A stretch of DNA of 64,000 bases. Source: Schmidtea nova. Its lineage: Eukaryota. The position numbers and the translations under genes were made by a program. The stretch lies in NCBI GenBank assembly GCA_044892505.1, contig CM097882.1:298158001-298222000 (forward strand), written 5' to 3'. Numbering within the stretch: the first letter of the stretch is position 1; every line of letters starts with the position of its first letter. The notes below the pieces were generated by a model. That model was not told where the DNA came from. It saw nothing but the letters and a program-made list of their open reading frames with translations, and did not search any database. This document shows, piece by piece, positions 1-14,835 of the stretch.

Positions 1-293
1 TGGTTAATCTTGGCTCAAAGTGTGAGTCTCGTGTTAAATCTGGCTCAAATTGTTATCTTCATTGTGTGATGTTATTGTATGTACGTGGATTCAGTTTTTC
101 TGTTCTTATTTCGAATTATATTTTTGAACGGCTTTAGAATTGGTTTTTTTTAATTTTTAGGAGCATGTGCTAGAATGTGTTTTTTGATTAAAGATTTTTG
201 ATTTGGATTAAAAAAATATTTTTGACTCTGAATTCTGCTCATTTTAAATTGATTGCTAATAAATTTTATGTGACATAAAACATTGGTTTAACA

Positions 294-724
294 TTGTTTA
301 GTTTATTTAACCGATTATTCGCTAAGACATCAATGAGAATCCTAATGGTTGGTCTCGACAAAGCTGGTAAAAGAACAGTTATTTATAATTTAAGACTTGA
401 AATTGTTACTGCAATTCTCGCAATTGGCTTTAATGTAGAAACAGTTGAATATAGGGACATTAGTTTCACAGTGTGGTATATAGAAGAACAAGACGAAATC
501 CGACTGTTTTGACGTTTCTATTTTCAGAATACACAAGGAGTTATATTTTCATCGATAGCAATGATGGAGAGAGGATTGGTGAATCTTCAGATGAGTTACA
601 TAAAATAATAGAAGATGAAGACATCAGAGATATAGTGATTCTTGCATTTACCAATAAACAAGATCTACCTAATTCAATGTCCGCTGTAGAAATTAAAGAT
701 ATATATTACGACTACATAATTTAA
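294..724 (+). pseudogene. ARF1: Decayed, intronless ADP-ribosylation factor (class I ARF) copy
   Basis: [26 protein letters not shown] and NKQDLPN motifs. P-loop degraded (DKAGKRT), WDVGGQ replaced by WYIEEQ, TGA at 510-512 where ARF has Trp, and a frameshift in a T run near 546-549. Confidence 0.85.
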
Positions 725-2977
725 GAGTCGGTCCCGAATAATACACACTGCAGTTGACTATCAATCCAAATGCCAACAGAAACAAATGATTCAAAGCATG
801 TTTGTAACTTTCAAGGCTTCAATTACCTGTCTTTTTATGCTTTTAAAAGAACAACTGGTATCATTTTGGATTTAGAATGTTTAGGATTAAATACTTATGG
901 TATATTTTTATTTTTATTTTAAATTATTTTTATTTTTTAGATATTTTATCAATTCTTGATAAAGAAGACGATATATACCTAATCTCAATAGAACAATATC
1001 AAACAAATGAGCCTCCGAGGATAGTGATCATCAAGAGGGAGCCTACAGAATACGTTTTGCCGAATTAGCAACAGGAAACAGAGCTCTAGTACAAAGTCAA
1101 CAATCATCACATTCAGTAATGTCAGAAGAACATTATCAATCCGACTAAGAGTCATCAAAAGAAGAAGAGACGCCATCGTTTGCGTCTAAGAAAGCATGAA
1201 GAAAGGTAAAAAGACCGAGATTACCAACTATGGAGACAAGAAATAATAACGGGAAATCAATCGGAAAGTTTTACCAAAAGAAATTTTTAACTTGTTCTGA
1301 AAATAATCATTTCTTTTGCGAATTGTGTTTTAATTTTTGTGTGTTGTGCTAAATTGATTATATTGAAAAATTTTTTTATCAAAATTTAAGACTTGACTAG
1401 ACATGACAGGCGTTTATTTGTATTTTCTTTATAGACGAAAACTTATAATAATAATCTGAAAGTAACAACAAAAGAGATTAACAGAGAGAAGTTAGAGGCA
1501 GAGTGAACGGCAACAAATTTATTGAAACGTTGCAGAAAATAAGAGAATAAATAGCTCGGTCCAGAGAGCATGAAACCAGCTTAACAGCAAATCGAAGTCC
1601 TACAGAAGCAGGTAAATCAAGATGCAGTTGAAATTAGGGCATTAAAAGTGAGACAATGAGAGTGCTCGTTTTCCAAAAGCTAGAAGGACATTCAAGAGGC
1701 CCTAACAAGAGCAATATAACCATTGAACTATGTGAAATGTGAATTATTACCAAGTGAAAACAAGGAAACTTTAGCCCAAACCAGTCATGAAAGGTGAACC
1801 TTGTAAATCAAATCTGGGAAAGGTGGAGTGGAGAAGACGAAAATTACGGAAAATGGCTCGTGTCGTAGGACAATTCAGATTTCCGGAATAAAGGAACATA
1901 AATGGGTGTAAAATACAAAGTAAAGAATTGAAAAATAAAATTAAATGTATTTCTCTCAGTCTTGCAGTGGTCGTGATTTTATTTTTATTTTTTACGGTTA
2001 ATAAAGATTTTATAATTTGAAATAAATAATTATTCTAATTTTCGAAAAAGTATAAATAAAAGTTAACAAATAAAAAATTAATCTGTTTTGTATACATCTA
2101 AAATAGAATAATTCTGCTTTTTAAATAACTACAGACAGATTAATTTTTAATTATTAATTATAATATAAGAAAACAATTTTTAAATTCTTTAAAAAAATAA
2201 CAGTTTTTCAAAAAGAATTCTTTTCAAAAAGAAATTTTTTTAGAAATTATTTTGCTAATAATTACTGTTTTCTCAGTTAATAACAAAAGAAAATAGTTAA
2301 ATTAAAATTAATTAAAAATAACTGTATTTTTTTCAAATAGAAATTTTTTGAGAAATTATTTTGTAAATAAATTAATAATTTATGTTAGATTGGAAAACAT
2401 ATTGCTAATAATTAGTTTCTCTTTCAGTTAAAAACGAAAAAATAATTAAATTAATTTATAACTTTGAACATTGATGTCAACTGTCAATTTTTGCATTGAT
2501 TTGTCATTAAATCAATATTTAAATGAAAATTCAATGAGAAATATTGATTTGTTGAATATATTGGATTTCTAGAGAACTCTAAAAAAGCAGTTTTAGAATT
2601 TAATTTTCTTTATTGATAATATTTAAAGAAATGTTAATATTAAATTATTTATTCTTTTTTTCTTCAGATCAAAACTTTTTAAAATTTTTCAATTCAGCAC
2701 AAAAGGCAATACAGAAAATTTAAGGAGAATAAAAATTCTTTGATAAAAAAATTAAATCGAAAAACGGTCAAATGCGAAGAAAATTAAAGATCTATTGATT
2801 ATTATCGGGGTTGCAACTTTCGTTGCCGATACCCCTAAAACAAATGTCAATACGATAAAATATAACATTTATATAAAAGGTTTCTTCTTATGCTTCTTTT
2901 AAACTGCTCTCTCTCTCTCTTCGTGTTTATTTAAACAACTTTTTTTAAATATATTTTAATTTTATATATATATATAT

Positions 2978-3477
2978 NNNNNNNNNNNNNNNNNNNNNNN
3001 NNNNNNNNNNNNNNNNNNNNNNNNNNNNNNNNNNNNNNNNNNNNNNNNNNNNNNNNNNNNNNNNNNNNNNNNNNNNNNNNNNNNNNNNNNNNNNNNNNNN
3101 NNNNNNNNNNNNNNNNNNNNNNNNNNNNNNNNNNNNNNNNNNNNNNNNNNNNNNNNNNNNNNNNNNNNNNNNNNNNNNNNNNNNNNNNNNNNNNNNNNNN
3201 NNNNNNNNNNNNNNNNNNNNNNNNNNNNNNNNNNNNNNNNNNNNNNNNNNNNNNNNNNNNNNNNNNNNNNNNNNNNNNNNNNNNNNNNNNNNNNNNNNNN
3301 NNNNNNNNNNNNNNNNNNNNNNNNNNNNNNNNNNNNNNNNNNNNNNNNNNNNNNNNNNNNNNNNNNNNNNNNNNNNNNNNNNNNNNNNNNNNNNNNNNNN
3401 NNNNNNNNNNNNNNNNNNNNNNNNNNNNNNNNNNNNNNNNNNNNNNNNNNNNNNNNNNNNNNNNNNNNNNNNNNNNN
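2978..3477. other. Assembly gap (500 N)
   Basis: Run of N directly in the sequence. Confidence 1.
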
Positions 3478-3712
3478 TAATTTAATATAAGCCAACATGT
3501 AATCCAAAAGGAAATTACAAGTATTTTCTCTTACATCCTTCCAAATTGGTGGTAGTTGAGTTGTTTGTTGAATCACTTTTAAACTTGTTGCTATATCTAT
3601 AATATCCTGTTTGAATTAATAATGGCCCCCTAAATTCAGAAAAAGTCAGCAGTAAAGATGTTAATGTTTTCAACGCATTAGTTAACAAGTCACTAACAAA
3701 TTGACAAGAATC
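3478..3712 (-). pseudogene. Polinton pPolB relic, inverted copy of 5610-5843
   Basis: Reverse complement matches 5610-5843 base for base by eye. Translates as QQTTQLPPIWKDV...LLDYMLAYIKL, cf. LALPPIWKDV...LFDYMMVYLKLD in the polB at 57063-59273. Confidence 0.8.
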
Positions 3713-5045
3713 TAATAAAATTTTTTCTGAAAATGACCTAAACTTCCACTATTAAATAATTTTAAGAATAATTGACATGTCATTTATTCAATATAAATAT
3801 CAACAACTAACTCAAAGTTTCTAGTGGACAAAGTAGCATGTTTCTTCTCAAAAAAAATTAAATTGTTTCTTTTATTATTGTTTTGAAAAGAAAAATAAAA
3901 GTCATTAAATTTCAAAATGAAATAAAGTTTCGACACTAGTCTGAGACTGATTAAAGAAATCCTGAATATAAAGCAATTTAATTCCTATTTATTCTATTAA
4001 TATTTCAGTAAAACCATTATTAATTTTAAGAATTTAATTTAAACAAAAATAAAACAATATCTCATCTAAATAATTTTCGTTTTTTCTCTTGGGTGATTGA
4101 ATAAATTAATGAAAATAAATTTTGAAAACCCGCTCAAATGACAAAATTAAATTTAAATTTAAAATTACTAATGAAATTAAAAAAATTTGAAAATAATTTT
4201 AATCGTATTAATAATTATTAATATTATAATTGTAAATATGCCTTCCCTCAATTAGTGTTAGCACTTTCGGAATATAATAACTAGATTAGATTTTAATAAT
4301 ATTAGCTGGGAAAAAATAATAATATATTTCATTTAATATGCCATTTATTTTAAACATATATTTTCACAAAAATATTTAACTTTGTTTATAATTAAACTAT
4401 TAAATAAAAATGACAATCTATTCAAATAAATAAAAGAACCCATTTTAAAAAATATATTTTTGCAATATATTTCGACAGCTCAACTGTCTTCTTCAGGCAA
4501 TAAACAAATTCAATAAAATTAAGATTCATCCTATTTATACGTTATTTAGTGATTACGTATTCAGTAATAAATTTGAGACGCCATTTAGTCTATGTTCTGA
4601 TCTCGTATAGCGTTTTACTTGTAATGGGTGTAATGCCACATACATTGGAGAGACTTTCTGTCATATTTGTACATGAGTTCAAGAGTAATATTATTCAGCA
4701 TAAAAACACATGCAAAAAAAGCAATAATTTTCTCAAATTAAAAATATTGTCTAGGAGTTTTAAAAATTAATGCGAACGCGTGAATTGTGAAGCTTTGATT
4801 ATAAAATCGTTTAATCATAATCCTAGATGCAATATCTGCATGCATCTTAAGAGGTTTTAATTAATTTTACAAAAGTTAATTAAACTTTTATTTGATTTTG
4901 CACATGTGATTATGTAATCACAAATAAACGTATAGCTAGGATCAATATTTTTGGAGTTTCTCTTTTTATAACTCATCCTTGACTCTTCAACAAATATTTA
5001 CTTTAAGGATAAATGTTTTCTAAGTTAGGCACTGCTTTATAAACT

Positions 5046-5990
5046 TTACCTAAAAATAAAAATCTTCAGTTTAAGAACTTGGCGAAAACTGTGACTCCGC
5101 CTTTCGAAATTTATGCTGACTTTGAGGGGCCAAAAGACACCAAATATTTTCAAAAACAATTGCCCGTCTCAGCTAGTATATTATGTATTATTAACTTTAT
5201 CGTGGCTAATTTATTAAAAAGTTTCCTACAGCTTAGTTGCATTGACGAATTTCTTTTTGATATTTTTCTAATAAGTCAACAAAGAGTTATCCCTATTTTT
5301 ACTAAAAGTTTCAGAAGAAAATGATTTTAAATAGAGATGATTAATTATTATTGTTTTCTTCAACTAAGGGATTACGAAAACTTTCTCGGTAAATCTGTAA
5401 GGCAGCTTGTCATAAATGCAATGATTCCAGACAAATTAAACACACTTTGCCTGTAGTTTTGCATAATTTGAGAGTATATTATCTCCATACTATTCTCATA
5501 TTTAGGTTTTTGAAGTAAAACTCTTGGAATATAGGCTTCATTTCTGTAACCTGCAAAATATTTATTAATTTATTTACAAGATTCGATGGATTTATAGTAA
5601 ATTGTACAGATTCTTGTCAATTTGTTAGTGACTTGTTAACTAATGCGTTGAAAACATTAACATCTTTACTGCTGACTTTTTCTGAATTTAGGGGGCCATT
5701 ATTAATTCAAACAGGATATTATAGATATAGCAACAAGTTTAAAAGTGATTCAACAAACAACTCAACTACCACCAATTTGGAAGGATGTAAGAGAAAATAC
5801 TTGTAATTTCCTTTTGGATTACATGTTGGCTTATATTAAATTAGATGAGTTTTTATTTTCTGAATTTTTGCAGCAGTTGAAAATTTAAACATTTTAGGTA
5901 TTCACAGTATATCATGGAATTTAGCATTAATGACATTATATAGGCCAATTAAATTTATCCAAGACATGAAAATTTATAATTTATTTGAGA
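5046..5990 (+). pseudogene. Degraded Polinton pPolB fragment (third lineage in the window)
   Basis: LPKNKNLQFKNLAKTVTPPFEIYADFE, KYFQKQLPVSA, DSCQFVS, LPPIWKDV and QDMKIYNLFE align collinearly with the Polinton A polymerase. Many stops and frameshifts. Confidence 0.85.
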
Positions 5991-6836
5991 GTTTAGTCAA
6001 TCTAACAATAAATGTTAGATACAGGATCAAGTAAGTACAGGGTAAACGTAAACGTAAAGAAATGGATAATAGATGATGACGCTGAAAACAAGCAAGTGCT
6101 CAACAAATTAATAATTTGTATTGCATCTTATTTTATAAAACTATATACTTAAAAACATTTTATGGGATTTGGAAAAAGTATTTATATGTTAAATAATTGT
6201 ATTTTAAAATTATTTAGAAAATAGTTATTTTTTTATTTTATATATTTGAAAATATTTTAATATTTTAATTTAAAGAAATGAATAATAATAAAATAAATAA
6301 ATTTTTGCATTTTGTTTAAATAACTTATATTTATGTATTACAAAGGTTAGCAAAAGAAAATATTATTTTCATATCCAAGGTTTAAAACAATTCTGTTATG
6401 AAAACAATTTCATTTTATATCAACTGAAGTTGGACAATAACAAACGTTATTTGCAGATTTAGTGCCTTAAAAATTAGTATATAAACTGATTGATTTATCA
6501 GTGAAATCAGCCATAAAATCTTTGCAAAAGAAAAGCTTCAAGTTAGTAACTTGCCTTTGCAGGCAAAATTTTGAGCATACAGATTACACAGCCGAGCTCA
6601 GGTAACTGGAATTAAGGATATAAATCAAAGGACACATAATGTAGAAAAGCTATATAAGATCACTAATTGTTTTGTCACGGTAAATATTTAATATATTATT
6701 ATTATCAATATTATTATTATTATTGCTTTTATTATTATAATTTTAATATTATTATTATAGTTATAATAAGTTCAAAATATTTCATTTAAATAAACATTGC
6801 GGAGAAGGCTTAACATTGTTACCTTATTATTATATT

Positions 6837-6883
<47 letters not shown>

Positions 6884-7869
6884 TAATATTAATATTAAAT
6901 ATATAATTTCATGACCTTAATATAATAAAATTTATGCAAATCCTATTAAATGACAATTTGTAATAATTAAATGTTTATCCCAGGCACGGATTACATGGAA
7001 ATACTTAACAGATTTATCAGAATCCAAATGTTCATATGAAGAGTCTGCAAGCCAACCAGATGCAGATAACAAATAAAACATAAAATATTAGTCCAAACAT
7101 CCCTCGACGTGTATTGATGGGGATAAATCTGGCAAGTGCTGAGGACATGCAATCAAGCTAGAAATCCAATTAAAAACTTACTATCTGAAAATTATCAATT
7201 TCTTAATTTTGTTGTCGAAATTTATGCATTTTATCGTTCGAAGCTGTGCAGATTTTCTATTCTTAAAATCGGGGAAAATAGAGAATTTTTAGGAATTTAT
7301 TGATTAAGTGACGGAATCGTAGATTTTATATCAACAAATAGGAAATAATGGAATATTTGACTTTTTTCCATCGTTTTGTCTCCCAGAAAATTGTGGAGAC
7401 AATCTGTGAAAACAAATGGATTATTAGATCCATTATAGTTTCTGATGAGAATGGGATTTATTTTCAAGTTTTTATAAATAGATATTTGACTATTATAAAT
7501 TGTAAATAGTGATCTCAGGACAGAAAGACAACAGAAGTCCAAGATATTAAGATAATTATTTGATTTATTTATTATTAATGGCTGTGACGCAGTGAGGGTT
7601 GAGGTTTTAAAGGGGTTGAAATACAAAAAAAGATTGAATAAACATTTGAAAAGAGTATTATAAAATTTCATAAAGATATTTTTTGAAGCTCGTTTTTACA
7701 AAATTCTTTTCGTTTTGCTAAGTATTGCTTATGCATCGCATAATAAGTATCAAATGGACAAAACACATTTTAATGTGAAAAATTGGGAAATAATTCCAGA
7801 TTCTACTACTTGGGTTGTAGTAATAAAGCGTGCCGATTAATAATTATTAATTACAATAACAATAATAAT

Positions 7870-8470
7870 AGAGGGTGGAATAGACCTAGCAGACGTCCGC
7901 ACACTAGCTTTGTACTTTAGGACTATTACGTATTTCAGTATGTTTGGGTGTTTTGTTTGCAATTTGCACAATCGCGCTACAGAATATATCATTTTGAATG
8001 TGTTGGCAATAATACTTACGCATAGGTTAGAGTTACTAAGGTTAACTGCATCATCGGCCCATGCTGCTGGTTGCTTGATGTATGCAGAATCATCTGAATA
8101 AAGTATATTTGAACTTTTGCAGCAGCCTAATTCAAACTGCCTATATATAAAGCAGTTCTCTGGAACACCTAGTGACTAGATAGTTAGAGCCAACCTCCCT
8201 TGAAATAGGCGTCTGACTGCACTAGCCTACTCAATAACACTAATCCTGCTACACCAAAGGGCCATGCAGGCAACAATTAAAGTATCTATAATAATAAATT
8301 ATTTTATATATAGAAAAAATATACATACCTACTGCAGATTAGGACAAAGAAAAAAAGCTCAGTTACGGGCCTATACTATAGAAAATAAGAAAAATGAATT
8401 AGTTCAAAATACACACTTACACAACACACAAACAACCTATAATGAAAAGTACAAACACATGGACATAATT
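7870..8470 (+). mobile_element. Possible 3' relic of a non-LTR retrotransposon (L1/Tx1-like)
   Basis: EGGIDLADVRTLALYFR resembles the post-RT GG(L/I)xLxD motif of L1/Tx1 ORF2. The rest is too degraded to confirm. Confidence 0.35.
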
Positions 8471-11159
8471 TAAGTAACAATCTTTAATTAAGGGATTTTA
8501 AAATAAAAAAAATCATGATTTATGAAAATATTTCAGAAGCTCCGTCGGAATCAACTATACCATTTATTGAAGAGGATCAAGGAGAAATGTAAATTTACAA
8601 TTATATTAAAAAATGCAGAAATAAAATATGCAGAAAATGAAACTATAATGCCTCAAATGGCCGAAACTGTAGAAAGAAAACATCGAAAAACGTAAAAAAA
8701 ATTTTAATTTTTAATTTTTAATTTTAAAATTTTATAGATATTCTGAACATGACAAAAAATTACTAAAAGAAGAAAACGGCGTGAAAATTATGAAAAATTT
8801 GCCCGGCAAATGGGTTTTGAACCTAAAAGTATTAAAGACATAGTGTCGAGGTAGAAAGAGCTGGCATTCTTACAGCAGGGAAAAGAGGCAGATAACATGT
8901 TAGCCTAATAATTGAAGAAAATGAAATACAATGAAATGATTTTGTGGACCACAATTATTGAACTGCTTTGGAAGAAATGAAATACTTCTTGGATACAATT
9001 AGCTGCAATGTCTACACAAAAACAATATCCAGATGTTTAAAAAATAAGCTGATAAAATTATAAAGACTTAGTTTTTTCTGTATTTCATAAATATCTAAAA
9101 AATATCTAAAAAAATATTTAGATAAAATAAATTGGTATTTAACTTAAAATATTAAATAAATTTAATATATGCTAAATTGCTTAAATACATAGTTAAAAAA
9201 TTAAATTTAAGAAATAAGTAGGTAATAAATACCAACTGCCCGTATTAAGTGTCTTTTGGCCCTTAGGTACAGACTTTTGGTGTAGTACGCACAAAACAAC
9301 TGAATGAATCGACTCCAGCTGCAATACATACATATGTGTAATACGCTGATAATCATTCACATAAAGGGTTATCCATAAAGAACTTCCGCAAAGAGTGCAG
9401 TTTGTTCAAATGCGGACAAAATATATTGCGTAAGAGGCATATGACAGCTTTTATGTACAACATCTAATAATAATAAAGAACGTTATTTAAAATATATTTT
9501 CACAAAATTTTAACAATTAATAAAATGTATTTATAAAATAAACACTGACTATGTAATCGTATGTGTTAAATAAAACTAATAAAAATACTAGGCAATGAAA
9601 ATCAAATGTAATATAAAAACCACTGCAACTAATTAATTAAAAAAAATTTTTAATTGTTGTGAGAGAATTTTGAACACTAATTTTAGGATCTAAAAATATT
9701 ATCATCAATGCCTCTGAAGAAACTTTTCCCAATAGTTAGACTTTTGATAATATTTTAAAATCAAACATCAATTTTTATTTAACAAGTCTTATTATACTTG
9801 TACAAATTATTTATTTCACTAGAATGGCAATGATCTTGAACTTGGATACAGAGAAAAGGGATAGTTTTGCCTGTGAATGTAACATTACATATTCAGAAAA
9901 GACATTTTCTTAATGCTTAATTTCTTATTAAAAATATTTCTTATTAAAAATATTTGTTTTAAAACAGTTGTTTGAAATTATTAATAAAGAATGTTTTAGT
10001 TATGTGTAGATTTTAAAGATTTTGCTGAATAACATAATTTTCGATTTGGTAATTTTTTAATTTAATATTTTTTCGTAATTTGTAATATTGTTTTCATTAA
10101 AGTCTATATTCGATATCAAAGAGCAAACTAATTTTGACAATAATGGCTATTGTACATATAAATTACCTAAATTAATAGCGAAATTTTTCATATCAACTCC
10201 ACGGCCGCTAGTTTCTGCAATTGCATTGATTGTAAATAAAAATCAAAAATTTTACTATTATTATGAAATCTATTATCGATATTTAATGTTCATATTTCTA
10301 ATTCCACTTTATTGAATGATGGAATTGTTTCCTTTTATGATTACTGCGACTTGTTCTACTTCTATGGCTGTGAGATATTATCGATTAATTCATTTACCAA
10401 TATCAATAACTTTTTTAATCACCACTGCAAGTTGGCAATCCAACAGAATTTGAATGAGAAATGCGAGAAATCTATTTGGATAATTCGCTTATTTTTGAAT
10501 ATTCTTTATTCATTTTTTGGCGAATCCAATACTAATCAGCAACTGTAGGCGTACGCGCGGAATGGAGGCGAGCAAACATTGCTTGCAATCGCGGATGAAT
10601 TCGGAAATTGTAATTTCTAAAAAATGTTGAAATTTTTCTCGTTGATTGGATTGCCGATTGTCAGTTTGGCGATTCTTATTAAACTCTCAAAGATCTGGAG
10701 AATATAAATAAAAACTGACAGGAATCGTATACTCGTGTTCTAATCTAGTACATTGCCATCTTATATTAAATGTGATTCTCATACTTGATGTTGCGCCGTT
10801 ACCAGAACGCAATATGCACATTTACTAACAATATTCCTTGCTTGAACAAGTTGGTCGATAAATCTACAATTCGCAAGCAATCTGTTTAATGATCCATCCA
10901 ATGTGAGACCGTGATCAGATTTGTCAATACATCAAGGATAATGTCCAAGAAAAAATGAACAAATCTACTAAACTGGATTTCAATAAATGCAAATTGGCTT
11001 ATTGTTGCCAAAAAATTCGAAAATTCAGTCGCTCAGCTTTCTGAGAAAGCAAAATAAATTGAAAATAATGATGAAGAAACAATAATGAACTAACACCCAC
11101 TACATGACAATTGATAAACAAGGTCACTATACATGGTACAACGATGAATAACGCCTCCT

Positions 11160-11400
11160 TTATTATTGTTGAGGATACCTAAATTAGAAATAATATAATA
11201 AATAAACAAAATTGCTTGGGGGAAAATCGTCATGGGGAATGACACGATTGATAGGAGCTTGGGAAAGAAAACGGGAATAAAAAGGAATGAGAAATGAGGA
11301 ATGGAAACAAAAGAAAAGAAATCAGACAAGGAAAATGAAATAGATGTCAGCACTAATTAATTAGTGCAAACAGGAAGAAATTCTAAAGTTGGGAAAAATA
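11160..11400 (+). repeat. Dispersed purine-rich repeat, diverged inverted partner of 43130-43390
   Basis: Shared blocks GATACC.AAAT...AATATAATAAATAA, CTTGGGGGAAAA, GAGAAATGAGGAA and ACAAAAGAAAAGAAAT occur on opposite strands at the two loci. Confidence 0.6.
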
Positions 11401-14400
11401 ACAACAAGAATTTTATCTCGACAACCGATCAGACATAACGTGGGCAAAAAATCAAACAAGTCGGAGCGGCAAAAAGGAAACTATGGTTATCTTGACGGCT
11501 GTCGGAGATAACTCCGTTGCTGGAAAAATGAATGGGAAATTATGTTGGAAAAAATGGAATAACAAGTGATAATATTAAGTGCCACAAAGTGAAGAGATAT
11601 AGAAGAAGAAACACAGCAGAATCGATCAGAATTTTAGACATAAGTGAGAAAGTTTGGCCAGGAGTTTCAGAGAAATTTAGAGAGACGTTTTGACAGAATT
11701 AGAGAGAGAAGTTTAGAGAGCAGAATATAATAATCAGAAGTTTGGGAGAAGATTTAAGAAAATACCGAGGAAATTATTGGAGAGATTAAAAGATTGTGTG
11801 AAGCCAGAGGAAACGGAAAAAGAAAATAAAGGACGTGACAGAAAATTGAGTGAAACTCATTGTCATCGATTAATAAAAGAGTAAAACTCAAACAGTAAAC
11901 CCAAGTCAAACCCAGAAGACAACCAGCCAGATTACCAATTGTTATACCCTCAGTGCTGAGTGATCGTCGACCCAAGATTTTACAAAGTGCTATTCTTCAC
12001 CATCGTGTCGTAAAAAGCTCCGTATAATCAGTTGTTGGTCTGTTGATTTTGGTCAAGTCAGTGTTAAAGACAACATTTCTAATATTCAATAAAGTTTCCA
12101 GTGTTAATTAATATTGGGGTCAATTAAAAGGCACGCTTGGAGTCAGATATTTGATTGGTAACTTTTGCCATTTCACCAACAACCCCAGAACCCAACAATA
12201 TATAAAATGAAATTATACTATAGAAATTTCAAACACCCAACTTTATGTTATCGGTGTGCTGACAATGAATAAAATCTTTATTATGTGGTAAACAAAAAGA
12301 GTAGAAAAAATTATAAACCACAATAAGGCACTATATAGTAGAAACTGCATGCAAACTTCTAATGGGTGCAAATTTAATCAATCAATAAAAACCAATAATA
12401 AGTTTTAAACACACAAAAATTTGGTGTGTCTTAAATTGAATTATATTGATTTTTAAATGTAGATTATGAAAAATCTTTTAAAAAATTTATTTTTCAAGAC
12501 TCCACTTTCAATTTATGAGAAAATCAATAGGGCATATTGTAATATGTATTTTTCATTTTATAATTAAAATATATTTTTTACATAAATTCTGATCAACTTT
12601 AAGCTTTCGGAGAAATGATATGTCAAATTTGTAAAAATTATTTTTTTATATATAATTAAATCAAAATTTTCATAGAGTATCATTTATAGAAGGACAATCA
12701 AGTTCTGCAGTGCTTGATTTACAAAGAAAAACTAAAAAAACGTATGTTTTATTGGCTAAAATTTAAAAAAATGTTATATTGTAATAGAATTTCAGAGGCT
12801 GACAAAGCCAAAATTCCGAGTGCCATGGGAAAGATTACCTACAATTTGGAAGACTATGAGAAATCCAAAAAACACAAATCAATTATGTTATAAAATAAAT
12901 AAATTTTACTTTAGTTTCTTACATAATGCTAAAATAAATTCATTATAATGTTTGTAAATTACTAAAAAACGTCATTAATGTAAATTTACTTACTTACTGA
13001 TTACTACATCGTATTTAAAGATATGATGAAGATCATTGATTGGATAACAGTTATTGAATATTATTTGAGAAATGAACCAATAAACATTATAAATAACGAG
13101 GGCATGAGTCGGTACTGAATAAAATAATAGGACGCGCACAACATCAAACTGGCATAGCTTTTATGACCTGTATGATGCCGTCTCTTTAAAAATTTGACCA
13201 ATGATGTGCCTCCGAATATTTTTCTTCTCAACTGGTGAGAAATGTTGATCTTTTGTTAGAAGTATTTTCAAAATTTACGGAAAGAACCTTAAATTTTCGC
13301 AAAGATTTCTCAAAATCTCAAAAGAGTGTTAAAAATAATAAAAATGGCATTTCTATTTACACAATTTTCGCAGAATTTATTTAAATTGATGCAGTAAAAC
13401 AAAAGCTTTTAGAAGGCATTTTTATTTAATTTATTTTAAAAATAATTATTTCATTTTTACTAAAACAAATTTATATTTATACATAAAAGTTTATTCTTTA
13501 CTTTCACAAATTTTATTTTATCAAAATTTTATATTTTACATAAATTTTAATTACTTTAATTTTTCCAATTTACTTTACATTTTTCATATTTAAACTATCA
13601 AAATTATGATAATTAATGATAAAATTCACTGAATTTTTTAATGAATATTTAGTTAATTTGTTATTTTTATGTTTTTCGTGGTTAAAGTTCGTGGTTAAAG
13701 TTCGTGAATTAAAGTTATCCTTCAAAGCTAACTAATTTGAAAATATCTCAAAATCTGCAGTTAGTGACTGAAACATCAATCAGTGTAAAGAATGTACAGG
13801 CACCTTTTATTTATCTCTATAGGTAATAGTGAAATAATATGACAGTTGAAGTAATTGAATACTTATTCAAAAAATTAGGAGAGCAGGCAGCTACTGTAGC
13901 AGTTGTAATTTTAATGGTATTAATCATGATACCAGAGAAAGTTTTATGTTCCTTGTCATTGACGAAAGTGATGCCATACTGTGTCAATTATTGGTCAATC
14001 CATGTTTATAGACAACAATTATATCTATTCAATTTCATGGATCAAAGGTTGTTTCTTGATAGCAGCATTATTTAAAATTTCACAGATTCTAATGCCAATG
14101 TGAATACGAAATAAATTAAATATTCATAGAAATCGTCAAAGAAACAAAACAAAGTCCCAGTAGAATTAATTTTCAGATGTTAGAAGCCGATATATGCGAA
14201 TATGGGGAAATCGTATAAAAATGACAGTTTTAGATCCCTTCGATTCAAATATACAACCTACTTACAAAATTTTCAGTTTAATGCTATTCTTTATTTTTTT
14301 TAAAAATCTTAGTCACATTTCGTTTTAAAAACAATTGGTAGTCACTAGAAAGAGGTTTTTATTTTAAGTCTTTTCCCATTGTAATTACTTTTTAATGAAG

Positions 14401-14835
14401 TAGATTTTAATTTAAAAAAATCTTTTTTAGAATGTACTTGGTATACGAATTTAAACATATAACATGATTCCTGTCCAAAATATGCACAAGTGATCACAAA
14501 CTTCAAAAAGTGAAATTTTAATGTATTTGTTATTAACTTGATATACGAAAAACCCTTGCCAGAGGTATTTTCAACTCCACAATCGAAATATTCTTTCGGA
14601 ATTATTTTATCCTTTTAGCAGGTATAGCTAAATCAAATTAATTGCTAATGGCTAAGTGTGATTGAATTCGAAATTTTGTTGTATTAGATTTAATATCAAT
14701 AAACTTTATACATTGTTGTAAGTTTGTTATTGCTAAAAACAATAGATGAATCAGAACAGCAACCGATAAATATAATCACCTGTAATATTTGCAAAATCCA
14801 TTATATGCCTTATATGATATGTGTAATCATCAATA

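Noticed and set aside
2962-3576. ORFs spanning N gaps (also 60933-61238)
   Set aside because: Artefacts of translating N runs.
8520-9470. Possible piggyBac/pogo relic (Cys-rich RKECS..KCG..I...H tail)
   Set aside because: Too decayed; no termini, TTAA site or catalytic motifs recognisable.
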